Program-made: the position numbers and the translations under genes | The notes under the pieces: model-generated | Told to the model about the DNA's origin: nothing | Database searches by the model: none | Seen by the model: only the letters and a program-made list of their open reading frames with translations | Part shown: positions 1 to 13,157 of the stretch, piece by piece | Numbering within the stretch: position 1 is the first letter of the stretch | Layout: each line of letters begins with the position of its first letter | DNA from: Octopus sinensis | Lineage: Eukaryota | Assembly: GCF_006345805.1 (NCBI RefSeq) | Contig: NC_043003.1 | Coordinates: forward strand, 50,902,001 to 50,966,000 | Length of the DNA: 64,000 bases | Direction of reading: 5' to 3'

Positions 1-900
1 TGATATCAGCTTTCGGATGGTGGATTCCAAGTTTTTGTTTTCCTCCGATCAATTCAGTTTCATCTTTTTATGCTTTCATTAAGCATTTTCTCAATGCTTT
101 TTGCTATTACAAACATGCTCATTGTTTTACTTATCCAACTGTGTACTACCATGTCATATGCGTTTTTGTAATCAAGCCATGCAATATTCAGTCCCGTCAA
201 TCTGCGTCTATAATTTCTAATTATCATTTTAGCAACTAATAAGTGATCTTTTATTGTCCTACTTTGTTTCCCGCATCCTTCCTTTTCTTCTAGAAGTATA
301 TTGTTACCTTCCAGATTGATGTATAACACTTCCGCCAAGACACCGGTCATAAGCTTCCACATTATTGGTAGACAGGTTATAGGTCGAAAATTTGACGCCG
401 TCTTCCCTTTCATGGCATCCTTGAGTCATAGCAGCGTTCATCCACTTTTCATCCAGGCAGGGACATGACCTTACTGCAAGCAGTCATTCACTTGCACGGT
501 GATCCTTTCATGCAACTGTATAAAATTTTTCAGTCAATAGCCTTGTACTCCATCCGGATCTGGTTCTTTCTAATTTGCTATTTTTTCAAAACTTCTGTCT
601 CACTGTATATAGATTAATTCTGACGTCCTTTTGTCTTGGTACAGTTTCAAATCGTCTTTCCACCTTTGTTAGCCACTCCACACTTTCTTTACATCTCGCT
701 GACCTGTTCCACAGCCTTCTCCAAAATTATCTGCTTTCTTCCTCATCTGAAATCAGTTCCTGGTGTTGGCTTCCCTCTATTTTCTCAAATAAACGCCTTC
801 TATTTGATTGGAACAGGCTCTGCGGTAGTAGTAGCAAAAACAATGAGAAGTAGCGTATCTGTGAATCATAAAAGAAGCCTTCTCATCTGGGCATTGTAGA
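1..900 (-). mobile_element. Degenerate R4/Dong-like (RLE-type) non-LTR retrotransposon, reverse transcriptase fragment
   Basis: ORF 60..413(-) has NFRPITCLPIMWKLMTG...EEKEGCGKQSRTIKDHLL...IAWLDYKNAYDMVVHSWI (RT motifs 1-3 of R4/Dong type). An upstream broken frame near 530-575 reads KEPDPDGVQGY*LKNF (KAPGPDG motif). Stops and frameshifts are present. Confidence 0.85.
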
Positions 901-1849
901 AGGTTAGTATTTGTTGTAGTCTGAAGTATTTTCTAACCCTAATGAAGGAGGTCAGTCTTTATGCTGCAATCTTTGCTAATGTTGAGTGTGTGTGCTTTCA
1001 TTGGAAGAGATTCTCAATGACGGTGAGATTTACTGTTTGCAGCGACCTTTCGCGCTCTAATTGCATGTTATTTATACGATGTGTTTCTTAATGTATAGTA
1101 ATTATGTTTTTGTGTTGTTAAAGTGTGTTTCAGGTTTCCCTATTTAAAATCCTGTCATTTTAGGTGGAATTTAGATTTCACATCTCCAGTATATTTCATC
1201 AGTAACAGTGATTTAATTCCTATTAAGTTTGCAGCGGTAAATTCACACGACAATATTTAACTCTCTTAACTGACGACGGTTCCAGGTCAAACGAATTTAT
1301 GACTACGAAATTGTATGTGATACAATCAATAGCTAATTATATGTTTTCGCTTTTGGTCATAACGCTGCTACGTAACAGAAACGTAGTGAAATAAATAAAA
1401 TATGTTCTGGTAATATACTATAATGAGACAGCTCCAGATGGTTGCTGTGATTCCTGTTTCTTTCAACCACGAGGATATAAATGGCAAATTCACTCTACAA
1501 TGGCGATTCTATGAATGATGATCAAACGTAGACAGCTTGGCCTATAGGTACATTAATGTTAACATATTTAATACAAGGAGCATAAAAAAAAATAACTAGA
1601 AATAAATATGCATTGCTACAGTAACATAAACACGCAATATTAATCAATGAATAATATTTTCATTTTTCCAGCAGATACGAGTACAACTATGGACATATCT
1701 TAATTATAATCTCATATTTCCTCCGTAAAACGTAGCGGTCATCGCTCTTGCGAAAGGTAAATGTACAAAATTGTATATCTGTTGGTGTAATAAAAAATAA
1801 TTGAGAAATAAAAAGTTATTCAAAGGCAACTCCACATTTACAGACTTTT

Positions 1850-2330
1850 GTTATTTATTTCTACCACATATCAGTCCTAATCCAGCAGACGTGTCATCAA
1901 TAATATTCCACTCTCAATCATGCTACCATTTATTTGGACAGAGAATATTTAGAACTACATTATACAGTGTGTCGTATTTTTTTATATCTTTACCTGATAT
2001 TTTTATTCGATCGAGCAACTGTAAAGAAACACCCTGGAGATTGCGATAACAGTATTGTCGCTTCCAGATCGGTGAAACCTGCACAGTCGTTTCCACACGC
2101 CACTGCGTTTGGGGGAAACGATAAGAATGTTTACGTTGGATGTGTTGATTTTCTGTCAAATGTATCATTCAAAACCTGCTATCCTGTATTTGTACAAATA
2201 TCAAGAAAAACAGAAGCACGTCTAATTTAGAAACATATTTAGAGACAAGGAGTGAAAATATACACGAGAGAATATGAGTTGATACTGTTCGAGCTTTTAA
2301 ATAATTTGAAGTACTCAAAAACTTTACTTT
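1850..2330 (+). mobile_element. Possible highly decayed Penelope-like GIY-YIG fragment
   Basis: Broken frames give ..HPGDC.. and QIGETCTVVSTRH, resembling the C..C..YIGET.R.L..R..EH motif. Heavily degenerate. Confidence 0.3.
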
Positions 2331-2677
2331 TACACACCTAAGCAAGCGAAAGAGAGAGGAGGAGGGAGGGAGTTAGACAGATAGACTGAGAAAAGAGGGT
2401 AGTAAGATTCCACCTGTTCATGTAGAAAATATATTAAACAATTTGATGTTAAACCATTTCTTTTTATACAACAGTGTCTAATGGATATACATATTTTGAA
2501 TTCATATATACCATAATGGCGAGATTTATTTATTAATTATATGCAAGTTTAAAATATACAAATGACTTCGAATAAAATTGATCAAAAATAATAACTTCCA
2601 TTTTCCATTATCTTTTATATTTTCTTCAACTAACGATCTATGTAATGCATGCATACTTGCAAATTCATATACGTAAA

Positions 2678-2680
<3 letters not shown>

Positions 2681-2744
<64 letters not shown>

Positions 2745-2875
2745 ATACATGCAGACATACATATATCCATACATGCAGACATACATACATACATACATAC
2801 ATACATACATACATACATACATTACATACATGCATACATACATACATGCATACATACATACATACATACATACAC
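2681..2875. repeat. Compound (TA)n/(CATA)n microsatellite, representative of dozens across the window (e.g. 5.5-6.3, 15.6-16.7, 25.6-25.7, 30.7-31.1, 39.75-39.98, 43.1-43.65, 49.04-49.15, 51.6-51.97 kb)
   Basis: Directly visible simple repeats; they generate the [12 protein letters not shown] ORFs. Confidence 0.98.
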
Positions 2876-4087
2876 GTATACATTTATCATATATGTTTGT
2901 ATACATTCATACACATAAATATAGTTGGTGAGGCGAAACTTCGAAGTCACCGTCAATCTGTTTGGTTTATTTTGGAGACGGGGGTCACGAGCAACTCTTT
3001 ATGCTTTGCCCGGTGCTCTGGTGACAAAACTACGCCAGAAATGGGCTTCGATTTCGCAAGAACAGCTGCGAAAGGTGCATTTTTGTTGGTTGTCCAGGTT
3101 ATATATACCTTTTGCTAGGGTTTCCTTTGGTAGGTAGTGTAATGTGATTGGGAATTAGGTGTGGTATAGATGGACAGTAGGGTGTGGAGAAGGATAGGAG
3201 GAAAGTGTGTATGCGAAGAGTGTGGGTGGAATAAAAGAGATGGTGGGGATAGTTATTCTGGTTTGGTACTGAAATTTGTTATTTGGTGTTCAATCAGGCG
3301 TGTAAGTAAAAGAGAAATAAGATATGCCATCCTTAAATCACACTTTACGTTAGTTGAAGTTTTTCTTGTGATTAATCAAGATACTATGTATATCAAGATT
3401 GTTCTGTACTATTTTAAGTCTAACAAAAAAACTCTTATAGATAAAACAGTTTGATTTTTATATATAGCATGTGTTAGAGACGGAAGTTAATGTTGGTACT
3501 AGTAGTTTCTTTTTAAAGAATCTTGAATTAGGTATTCTTAGAAGGACTAGATTGAAGAGAGTATGTTACTATAAAATATCTATTGAAATATTCCAATGAA
3601 TTTTGAGCATGCTTATTTATAATTATACGAGCGTAGAAGAATGCATTAATGAAACTGTACCCACCTTTTTGCGTAGATATACAACTACAAAAAGGCGTTG
3701 TATATGTGTGTGGCTGGGGGAGTTAATATCGAACAGTGAGAATGAATGCTCAACATCGCATTGGTGGGTAACTCGGCTATTTGTGGGCTAACCAGACTAC
3801 CATTGGTTTCATGTTGATAGATCAGTTTTTCAAGTCTCTCTCATGAGACGCTGGTGTTAGTCTTCATCTTGATGTATCTATATATATATATTATATATAT
3901 ATATATAATATATATATATATATAAGAAACAAGTATAATTCCTTTATTTGAGTAGATTTGACTTACATCTGTTTCCAGTAGTCATTAAAGGTACATTATC
4001 GATAGGTTTTCTCAGTGGTCTATTAATCAACTGAGGTAAATTGAACGACCTAACAAAATTAATGCTACTTTCGTCAGAACCATTGTG

Positions 4088-4128
<41 letters not shown>

Positions 4129-4194
4129 TATATATATATAAGATAGAAACATTGTAGTTCTAAATCTCCCAACGATATTCAGTAGCAGCACTTT

Positions 4195-4387
4195 AAAGTA
4201 ACGATTTTTTGCCAACCTAATGTGGGTTGTTTAGCTACTGTTGTTTAGCGAATGCTATTGTTGTTTATCCCACAGATCGTGTGTCGTATAGCCAGCTGGA
4301 GACGATGCCTCCTGGGGCTCAACAACAGTAGCATTCGCCCCAAAACGGGACTGCCACACTAGGTTAGCAAAAAATCGTTACTTTATA
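4195..4387. repeat. ~190-bp fold-back/MITE-like element with ~32-bp terminal inverted repeats and an inner inverted repeat
   Basis: taaagtaacgattttttgccaacctaatgtgg is inverted as ccacactaggttagcaaaaaatcgttacttta. An inner pair gcgaatgctattgttg / caacagtagcattcgc is also present. Confidence 0.8.
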
Positions 4388-4394
4388 CATATAT

Positions 4395-4519
4395 ATATAT
4401 ATATAATCTAAATTTTTTAATTTTATATTTTATATATTTTGTATATTATATTAATTATTTTTATTTTTATGCTTTGATTTATGTTTTTCTCTGTTTGATT
4501 TGCCTAATAGTGGTTTTAA

Positions 4520-4550
<31 letters not shown>

Positions 4551-4665
4551 AATTTTTTTAATTTTATATTTTATATATTTTGTTTATTATATTAATCATT
4601 TTTATTTTTATGTTTTGGTTTATGTTTTTCACAGTTTGATTTGCCTAATAGTAGTTTTATCTCCA
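4395..4665. repeat. Tandem duplication of a ~140-bp AT-rich unit
   Basis: aattttttaattttatattttatatattttgt...tgtttgatttgcctaatagt occurs twice, separated by (TA)n. Confidence 0.85.
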
Positions 4666-4714
4666 ATTTAATTTATATATGTATATATATATACATATAT
4701 ATGTACATGTATAT

Positions 4715-4802
<88 letters not shown>

Positions 4803-5566
4803 TATACACACATACATATGCTCTATATTCTTTTCTATGTCAAAAAATGTTTCTTCACAATATAGCATTTTTTCACATTTGTTGAACATACACATTATAT
4901 TGTATTACACACAGACACATTTAAATACGCGCCTGAGTAAGTTGCCAGAGGAGTCGGTAGAACGTCAAATAAAATATCCTGTGGCATTTCGTTACATTTT
5001 TTCATTTCCTAATATAATCGACTAAGATGGTGACGAACATTAATATTTAACATTTTGTTGTGAAATAACCCAGGCATATCTGATTTCTTGAAACTATTAT
5101 CGATAGAGAGTAGGTTACTAATAATTTTATCTGCGTCCACGTTTCCCTAATCTTCTTGAGTAGTGAATATGTCAATATATTTATCACTGAGAGTCCTTAG
5201 CTATATATAACAGCACCACTCTGTTGCCCAACAAGAGTCCATTAAGCTGTCATCAATACTTATGAAATATGCATACAACACGGCTCATAATATCTAAATA
5301 TATGATGTATTTACATGTCTCCGTACTTCAACGTGGTTGTATATGTTACTGAGTTTTAGAAATAAAGCTACTTCAACGTTACAATAAACGACAAGAAGAA
5401 AATGTCACTTCTTCGGAAATGTCCTCTCATAAAATAAAAATATAATGTTTTGTTAGAATTTACAGCTTTGTCAATGTATATTAATAATGGACAAATGCTT
5501 ATATAAACACACGCATACTTACACACATACATACATACATACATACATACATACATACATACATAC

Positions 5567-5598
<32 letters not shown>

Positions 5599-5641
5599 TT
5601 ACATACATACATACATACATACTACATACATACATACATAC

Positions 5642-5672
<31 letters not shown>

Positions 5673-5865
5673 CATACATACATACATACATACATACATA
5701 CATAATTTAACGTTTATGAGATGACTGCATAGTTGCTAGTCTGAAGAACATATTACGTATGAAACAAATACAAACAGGTTTTTATATCTATTTTACTTAT
5801 GATCAATATGTTTACGGGAACTTTTATACATACATTAATATATACGTAGGTATATAAACTTTTAC

Positions 5866-5928
<63 letters not shown>

Positions 5929-6212
5929 TATACATATATATATATATACATATACATATATATATGTACATGTATGTATGCATGTATATACATATATATG
6001 TGTGTGTATATATATTTATACGTGAGTGTGTGTGTGTCTGTATCTTTTGTGTATATATATATATATATATATACATACATACATACATACATATTATATA
6101 TATATAATATATATATGCACATATATACAAATTCATTTGTGGATGCGTGGGCGCGCACGCACGTTTGCGTGCATGTGTGTACTATATTATATATATATAT
6201 AATATATATATA

Positions 6213-6282
<70 letters not shown>

Positions 6283-6599
6283 TTAGAATAAAGTCAAAGA
6301 ACATTGTCTAGACGGATAAATATACTGTATATGCACACGTATATTTAAATATATATAATGACATACATAGACATATGTATTTTACACAAACGCATACACA
6401 TAAATGTACATATATGTGCACACATACATACACGCAAACACGCACACATACACATACACACACACACTTCTGTTACAGCTCTTAGAATCCCTGTTCACCC
6501 TCGATTTCTCCAGTCTCACCATTGTCACCTCTATCCTTTACAAACATACAAATCTCTAGTTCTGCCTCCGTTCTCTTTTTTTTTCTTCTTTTTTTTTTG

Positions 6600-7902
6600 A
6601 AGCTTCTTATGTAGCAATTGTTTTGCATACAACTTATCTTGCAGATCTTTCAAATTTGCAAAGCATGCTCCTTGTAATTTACCATAAAATATAATTGTAA
6701 AAAACTTAGGATTTTTGCCTTCAGTTGGCAACAAAGATCCAGTACGATGGTATACTTGACCTTGAACTTTAAAAGTTGGCTTCATGATCCTTTCTCTTAC
6801 AATATTGCTACCAAAGGAGATCATTTGGAAAGCAGAATTATAATCCCTAATGTTTTTCGAGAAGTGTATGCTCCTTGGTTTGCTTCCCAAAAACAATGCT
6901 TTCAAAGTATCTGGGGGAGTATCAAACGTCAGTAAAGCAACCGTTCCACCACCACAACACATAGAGGTGGTTTCTCTTTCCGATTTCTTTCCTTTACAAA
7001 AACTGCATCCTTTTGACATTGCTCAATTATCAATCAATTTCCCTGTAGAATAGTTATATTCATGTAATCCCCATTTTAATTCTCAAAAAAGTTCCTGAGA
7101 AAAATGTTCCTAATCTCTACAAGAGGAGACGGGATAGATGGAGATGATTAGTAGTCTACAGTGAAGCAAAGACGAGTACAGGTAGCCACAGTAAGGTCAC
7201 TAGAGACCCCTGCATAACGACAGCAAAAGCATGAAAACGATAGAAGGAGAGCTGCTGCACGCAGGGCCAGTGAGTCACAAGAGGAAAGGGGAAAACAACA
7301 ATTACGTGAACAAAATACAATCCGCAGGAGCCAAGAGTCAAAAAAGGAAAGAGAAATCATTTAAAAGAAACAAAACAATCGTTGAAAGCTGATCTTTTCC
7401 AACTCCCCTTAAAAGGTGCGACTCTTTTGCCAAACGTATTCAGCCTATCTTGATGAAGACGCTTACGTCTTTCCTCTAAGGATTGGCGAAAACTTACAGC
7501 AACTGTTTGCTCCTGGTTATTTCATTGTCTCATCTCTCGCTGACCTCTTGTCTCATTGGTAACTCTGGCAGCTTGTCTTTGTCTTGTATCTTTTAAATGA
7601 TTTTCTCTTTCCTATTTTTGACTCTTGGCTCCTGCGGATTGTATGTTGTTGACGTAATTGTTCTGTTTTTCCCTTTTCTCTTGTGACTCATTGGCCCTGC
7701 GTGCAGCAGCTCTCCTTCTGTCGTTTTCATGCATTTGCTGTCGTTATGCAGGGGTCTCTTGTGACCTTACTGTGGCTACCTGTACTCGTCTTTGCTTCTC
7801 TGTAGACTACTAATCATCTCCATCTATCCCGTCTCCTCTTGTAGAGATTAGGAACATTTTTCTCAGGAACTTTTTTGATAATTAAAATGGGGATTACATG
7901 AA
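6600..7902 (-). mobile_element. Helitron RepHel N-terminal fragment (pseudogene), interrupted by an inverted duplication
   Basis: ORF 6531..7019(-): C..C..K..E..MCCGGG.V.L...NIRDYNSAFQMISFG...PTFKVQGQVYHRTGSLLP, the typical Helitron RepHel N-terminal region. Upstream are charged repeats (RASESQEER...). Confidence 0.88.
7059..7902. repeat. ~320-bp inverted repeat (arms 7059-7378 and 7579-7902, ~200-bp spacer)
   Basis: ttcatgtaatccccattttaat...atcatttaaaaga is the reverse complement of tcttttaaatga...attaaaatggggattacatgaa, with few mismatches. Confidence 0.95.
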
Positions 7903-8102
7903 CAAATGAGTGAAAGTTACGTGAATATAATGATAACGGTGATTGAAATAAATGGCGATTATGGAAAGCTGCACGCGCGCGCACACACACACACTAACAT
8001 ACAGTATCAAACATCAGCGTCTCTTTCTTTCCCACTTTCCCCGCTCTCTTTGTGCCGGCTTTTATCTTCACCTATAGAACATACATACCGTATCAAACAC
8101 CA

Positions 8103-8143
<41 letters not shown>

Positions 8144-8249
8144 ATTATCCCTCTCTCTTTCAACTTCTATAGAAACTTATTTTCTCTCGCTGTTTCTTTC
8201 TCTCGCTGTTTCTTTCTCTCTTCTCTTTTTTTTCTCATTCCTTGTGTCT

Positions 8250-9005
8250 CTCGTTCACACATATTCTTTCTCACCCTCTGTAATGGTCCCTTCCTTTCAC
8301 CTTAGTTTACATCTGTTTCTCTCTCTTTCTCTCTCTCTCTCTCTCTGTCTCTTTCTCTCTCTCTAACTCACTTACATACACTATTTACATTTCCCCCTCT
8401 ATCGAAAAACGATGTGATGAATGAGGAGATGGAGGAGGAGAAGTAAAGAGACACTTCCTCACTTTGCTTCTCCGTTTCTTTCTCTCTCCTCTCACTCCTT
8501 CATTAGAATTATGCACAGATATACAAATACACAGACATCTGCTAATATATAGATATTTAGATGTGACATCGTCGTCGTCGTGTAAAATGTCGTTTACGAT
8601 TGTTGACTTATAGAAAGATTATAATGTTAAATTTTTGTAATGCGAATATGCAAATGAAAATAAAGTTTATTTGGTAGCCGAAAGATTACTAAATCTTTTA
8701 ATATTCCATATGTCAAAATCGTCAACTATGTTTTCGAACGCTGACTCATATTCTCTCTCACCCTCTTTAATAGTTCCTCTCTTTTAGTCTGTCTCTTTCT
8801 TTCTCTCCCTCTCTCTCTCTCTCTACCTCACTCACACACATACTATTTACATTTCTCCCTCTATCTAAAAACGTTGCGACGAATGAGTAGATGGAGGAGG
8901 AGAAGTAAAAAGTCATTTGCTCAGTTTGTTTCTATGTTTCTTTCTCTCCCCTCTCACTCCCTCATTCGCATTATGCACAGACATACAAATACAAATACAT
9001 CTGCT
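8250..9005. repeat. Diverged direct duplication (~8250-8545 vs ~8745-9005)
   Basis: Both copies share catattct..ctcaccctct, actatttacattt..ccctctatc.aaaaacg, gatggaggagg.agaagtaaa and attatgcacaga.atacaaataca. Confidence 0.75.
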
Positions 9006-9648
9006 AGAACATACACACAGTATGAAACATCAGCGTCTCTGGTATATGAGTGCATCTGCATATGTACGTGTGTCTGCGCGTGCAAATGCGCTTGTGTATC
9101 TTATGTACGTGTGTGTCTGGTGCGTGCTTGTGTGCGATGCAAATTCACGCGCGTGTGCATATATACGTAGATTAATTAAAATTAATGTAAATGAAGTTCA
9201 GAGAAGAAGTATAATCCATTGCTGTTATATAAAATTCTACTTAAAAAACAATAGATAATAAATAGCACTGCTCACTCGTAAAATTGAAATGAAATATATT
9301 CATTGTTTCATACAATCCGTCCGTACTATAATCATCTGCTAATTATAGAATATGTAAAATTCATGAACAATTGAAATTATTCATAAGAATTCTTCAGTTA
9401 ATTCCTTTTCTATTTTTCTTAGTTTCTTTTTTTTTTACTTTTGCTTTTTTCTGTAGGGCCATTTTTTTTTTGCTTTGTTTAGTGAACGAAAAAGATAAAA
9501 TAACCGCAAGATGTGATTAAAGAAAAAATAATTCAAGATTGTTGAAAAAAAGATAATGATGTAAACGCACATTCCCCTACATAATTGTATCTGAATGTGT
9601 GTTGTTTATATTTAAACACACATAATGCAGTCATATTTATATATATAT

Positions 9649-10045
9649 TGGCGTAGGAGTGGCTGTGTGGTAAGTAGCTTGCTTACCAACCACGTGTCTC
9701 CGGGTTCAGTCCCACTGCGTGGCACCTCGGGCAAGTGTATAGCCTCGGGCCGACCAAAGCCATGTGAATGGATTTGGTAGATGGAAACTGAAAGAAGCCC
9801 GTCGTATATATATATATATGTGTGTGCGTGTGTGTGTGTGTGTGTACGTTTGTGTATTTGTGTTTGTGCCCCCTAAGATCGCTTGATAACCGATGCTAGT
9901 GTGTTTACGTCCCCGTAACATAGCGGTTCAGCAAAAGAGACCGACAGAATAAGTACAAAGAATAAGTCCTAGGTTCGATTTGCTCGACTAAAAAAGGTGG
10001 TGCTCTAGCATGGCCACACTCAAATGACTGAAACGAGTAAAAGAA
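9649..10045 (+). mobile_element. tRNA-derived CORE-type SINE with internal microsatellite (family A). Other copies: ~10290-10610+, 13270-13500-, 14685-14860-, 15395-15862-, 16710-17170-, 21260-21595-, 22968-23350+, 26020-26280+, 38845-39185+, 53015-53440-, 55260-55585-, 55590-55880-, 60540-60975+, 63635-63830+
   Basis: A box tggctgtgtggtaag, B box gggttcagtccc, CORE-like ggcacc(t)tgggcaagtgt, shared 3' region ...ctccagcatggcc.cagtcaaatgactgaaacaagtaaaaga. Many copies are recognisable within the window. Confidence 0.9.
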
Positions 10046-10789
10046 TATATAATTGTATGTATATATGAAAAGGAAAAGAAACAAATAAGTGTGTATATAT
10101 GTGGGGGGGGGGTATGTCTGTATGTGTGTACGTATATATGCGTATGTATGTATCTATATGTATGTGTGCGTGTGAGCGTGTGTGTGTGTGTGTGTGTATG
10201 TGTGTGTGTAGACCCATCGGGCTCATTCATCTTTTCTCCTTTCTTCTTCCACCACCTTGTGACTACCCCCTCTCACTCCTCCTATGCCTGGAGCAAGAAT
10301 AGTTGTGTTTAAGAAGGTCGCTTCAACAATGTAGTTTTGAGTTCGATCCCTGTACGTAGCACTCTGCACTAAAGCATCCGACCAATGACTTGAGAGTGGA
10401 ACTTACAATAAAAGAAAACTCACGGAAGTTCGTCGTGCATGGGTGTCCACCAATATTCGTGGTTACATTTACATTATATGACTCAGTGGTTCGACAAATA
10501 TTACTTAATAAAATAATCACTGACTTTTCAAAAAAGTAGAAAAGTACGTATGGTCGACTATACGCAAGCGGTGCTCCAGCATAGCCGGAGTCCAATAATT
10601 GAAGCCAGAAGAAGAATGCAGATAGACATGTTCATACATATACATTGAGAAAGGTATACATGTGCATGTCTATATTATAAAAATATGCGCGCGCGTGTGT
10701 GTGTATATATTTCCAGCCATTTTATCATGTTGAACTGTAAATCCCAACACATTTTTTTCTTTTCGTTCTCTCTCCGTTTTTTCCCCTCT

Positions 10790-11385
10790 TAATCATTACT
10801 GTCGAGGAGCGTAGGCTCGAAACGTCAATGACTTTTCCATTCTTCCAGAGCGTTATCCTAATACACCTGCCTGTTGTTCCTTCACCTGTCTTCGTCTTTT
10901 GTTTCCTGTAAATTTGAACGATATACATACATATATACATACATACATAACGGGAAGCTTTATGAAAATAGACAAAAGACGAAGGTAGGTGGGAAACAAA
11001 CAAACAATTGTATTAGTATGGCGCTCAGGAAATATAAATAAAACAAGTCTTTAACGTTTCGAGCCTACGCTCTTCAACAGAAAGATACACAGAGAGAAAA
11101 AAAAAACACAGAAAGAAGGAGAGAAAAAAAATGCGTGCAGTAACTAACGAATCAACATGGCATACATAAATACATACATACACACATACATACACACATA
11201 TAGCTGAAATTTACAGAAAAAAACAAAAGACGATAGGTGTATAAACACCAAGCAGATGTATTAGTTTGACGCTCGGGAAGGTAAGAAGTCTTTTACGTTT
11301 TGAGCCTACGCTCTTCAACAGAAAGGAACACGAAGAAATAATCAGAGGAAGAATAAAAAAACTTGTTGATTTAGCGGTCAATCAT
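10790..11385. mobile_element. Three solo Penelope pseudo-LTR copies (one +, two -), each with a minimal hammerhead-like motif
   Basis: gagcgtaggctcgaaacgt at ~10807(+). Its reverse complement acgtttcgagcctacgctcttcaacagaaag lies at ~11055, and a variant at ~11295. The same sequence is the terminal repeat of the PLE at 28115-28250. Confidence 0.8.
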
Positions 11386-12538
11386 ATATATAGCAGGAGA
11401 TGGATGAACACTGTCACATCATGTAAAATAATATCTGCTTACAAGGGCGGATTATACCAACAAGAAGTCAACGACAATCCAGCATCAAACCTAAAATTGG
11501 AGTGGTGTGGTGTCCCCCATTAAGGTTTTTGATTCTGGCATTGTTGAACCCCTTCAACTGGTTGCCTCTTTCAGGCCTTGGTCCAGGCAGCCCCAGACGA
11601 GAGATACTCCTTGATAATGTGTGCGTGTGTGCGTGTGTGTGTGGTGTGTGTGTGTGTGTGTGTATGTGTGTCTGTGTGTCTGTGTGTCTGTGTCTATGTC
11701 TGTGTATTTTGCTGGCATCAGTCATTGGACTGTGGCCATGCTGGAGTACTGCCTTCACCCCAAAACTTATTTGTTCAATTTCAGATTATTATTTCATTGA
11801 TGCTATTTACAAGATAGAAATATAATCATGAATATAGACACACATGTACTCGAGGGTCGCTCTCATAATCTCGACTATAGGAACACATACACTCGAGGGT
11901 CGCTCGCAGTAGCTTGCACATGTCTGGAATGAGATTATAACCATTGTATCTTTTACTCTTTGTCGTAAAGATGGACTAATATCATTCATCCATTCTATCA
12001 TTACCCAGGTGCAGGTTACATTCTGCAGGCAATGGAAATACTTAGATATTTTCTTAACTTGCAGAATTTTGATCAGCTAATTGGCTGATTAACAGATTAA
12101 CAGGACTCCTCAGCAATACATTCTTCGCTGAAAGTCATTAAGATGCATGATCTACAGGGTCACCAAGATAGTGCACTACTTCTAAATAGCATTGCTTTCT
12201 TATTATTTGTAACGAACTAATCAGCAGTCGGTATCAACATCTGGCCAAGTTGATTGATTTTTCTAATGAGTCTGCACGAATTAGACAAGGTTCACCAGGT
12301 CGGGACATTACGGCGAATAGAAAGATTTACTGGATAAAACTACAAAGAAAGATAGCATCAAAACAGAAAATAACCTCTTACAAGTTAAACCACAAGCGAA
12401 AAGTTTTACTCAATCACATGCACACAAACATACATATACATCTTTCGTTATACCTCTATGTAATACTATAAAGAGCTTGACATTGTAAGAGAGACGTAAA
12501 ATAAATCAATCTAAAAACACATCAATAATATACACGTG

Positions 12539-12846
12539 TGGAGGCGCAATAGCCCAGTGGTTATGGCAGCGAACTCTCGGTCGGAGGATCGCGATTTCAA
12601 TTTCCTGACCGGGTGTTGTATGTGTTTATTGAGCGAAAACACCTAAAGCTCTACGAGGCTCCGGCCCCTGTGGTACTCTTTCGCCCCAAATTTCTCTCAC
12701 TCTTTCTTCTTGTTTCTTGAATAACGCTGCGATGGACTGGCGTCCCGTTCAGTTGGGGGGAACACATACGCCACAGAAACCGGGAAACTGGGCCTATGAG
12801 CCTGGCTAGGCTTGAAAATGGCGCATAAATGATAAATAAATAATAA
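12539..12846 (+). mobile_element. tRNA-derived SINE with a V-SINE-like 3' region and a target-site duplication
   Basis: A box tagcccagtggtt, degenerate B box, ctgcgatggactggcgtcccgt...cagaaaccggga...atgagcc body and an (ATAA)n tail. Flanked by aatatacacgtg (12527-12538, 12847-12858). Confidence 0.75.
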
Positions 12847-12944
12847 AATATACACGTGCAAAATATCAATATGAAATAAATAGCAATTTGCCCAAGAAGG
12901 GCTGTAATATTGCAAACGATATTCCAATCTTATGAGTGGGAGAA

Positions 12945-13157
12945 GGCGGCGAGCTGGCAGAAACGTTAGAACGTCGGGCGAAATGCTTAGCGGTATTTCG
13001 TCTGTCTTTACGTTCTGAGTTCAAATTCCGCCAAGGTCGACTTTGCCTTTTATCATTTCGGGGTCGATAACTTAAGTACCAGTTGCGTACTGGGGTCGAT
13101 CTAATCGACTGACCCATTCTCCAAAAAAATTCGGGCCTTCTGCCTAGAGTAGAAAAG
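12945..13157 (+). mobile_element. tRNA-derived SINE with a Meta/MESC-like central domain (family B). Other copies: ~18640-18760-, 31210-31410+, 32531-32712+, 36100-36235+, 52226-52435+, 57240-57410+, 58876-59087+, 60020-60360+
   Basis: Head ggcggcgagctggcagaaacgttag...gagttcaaattcc, core aggtcgactttgcctttcatcctttcggggtcgataa..aagtaccag. TSD aatcttatgagtgg at 12926 and 13158. The domain name is from recall of SINE superfamilies. Confidence 0.88.

Noticed and set aside
1268-1320. CTGACGA...GAAA hammerhead-like spacing (similar weak traces at ~5740, ~54270, ~63305)
   Set aside because: Stems I and III cannot be formed convincingly; too degenerate to call.
2526-6291. Many ORFs of YIYI/MYVC/HTHT/CVCV type here and throughout the window
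   Set aside because: They are translations of stop-free microsatellites with no coding signal.
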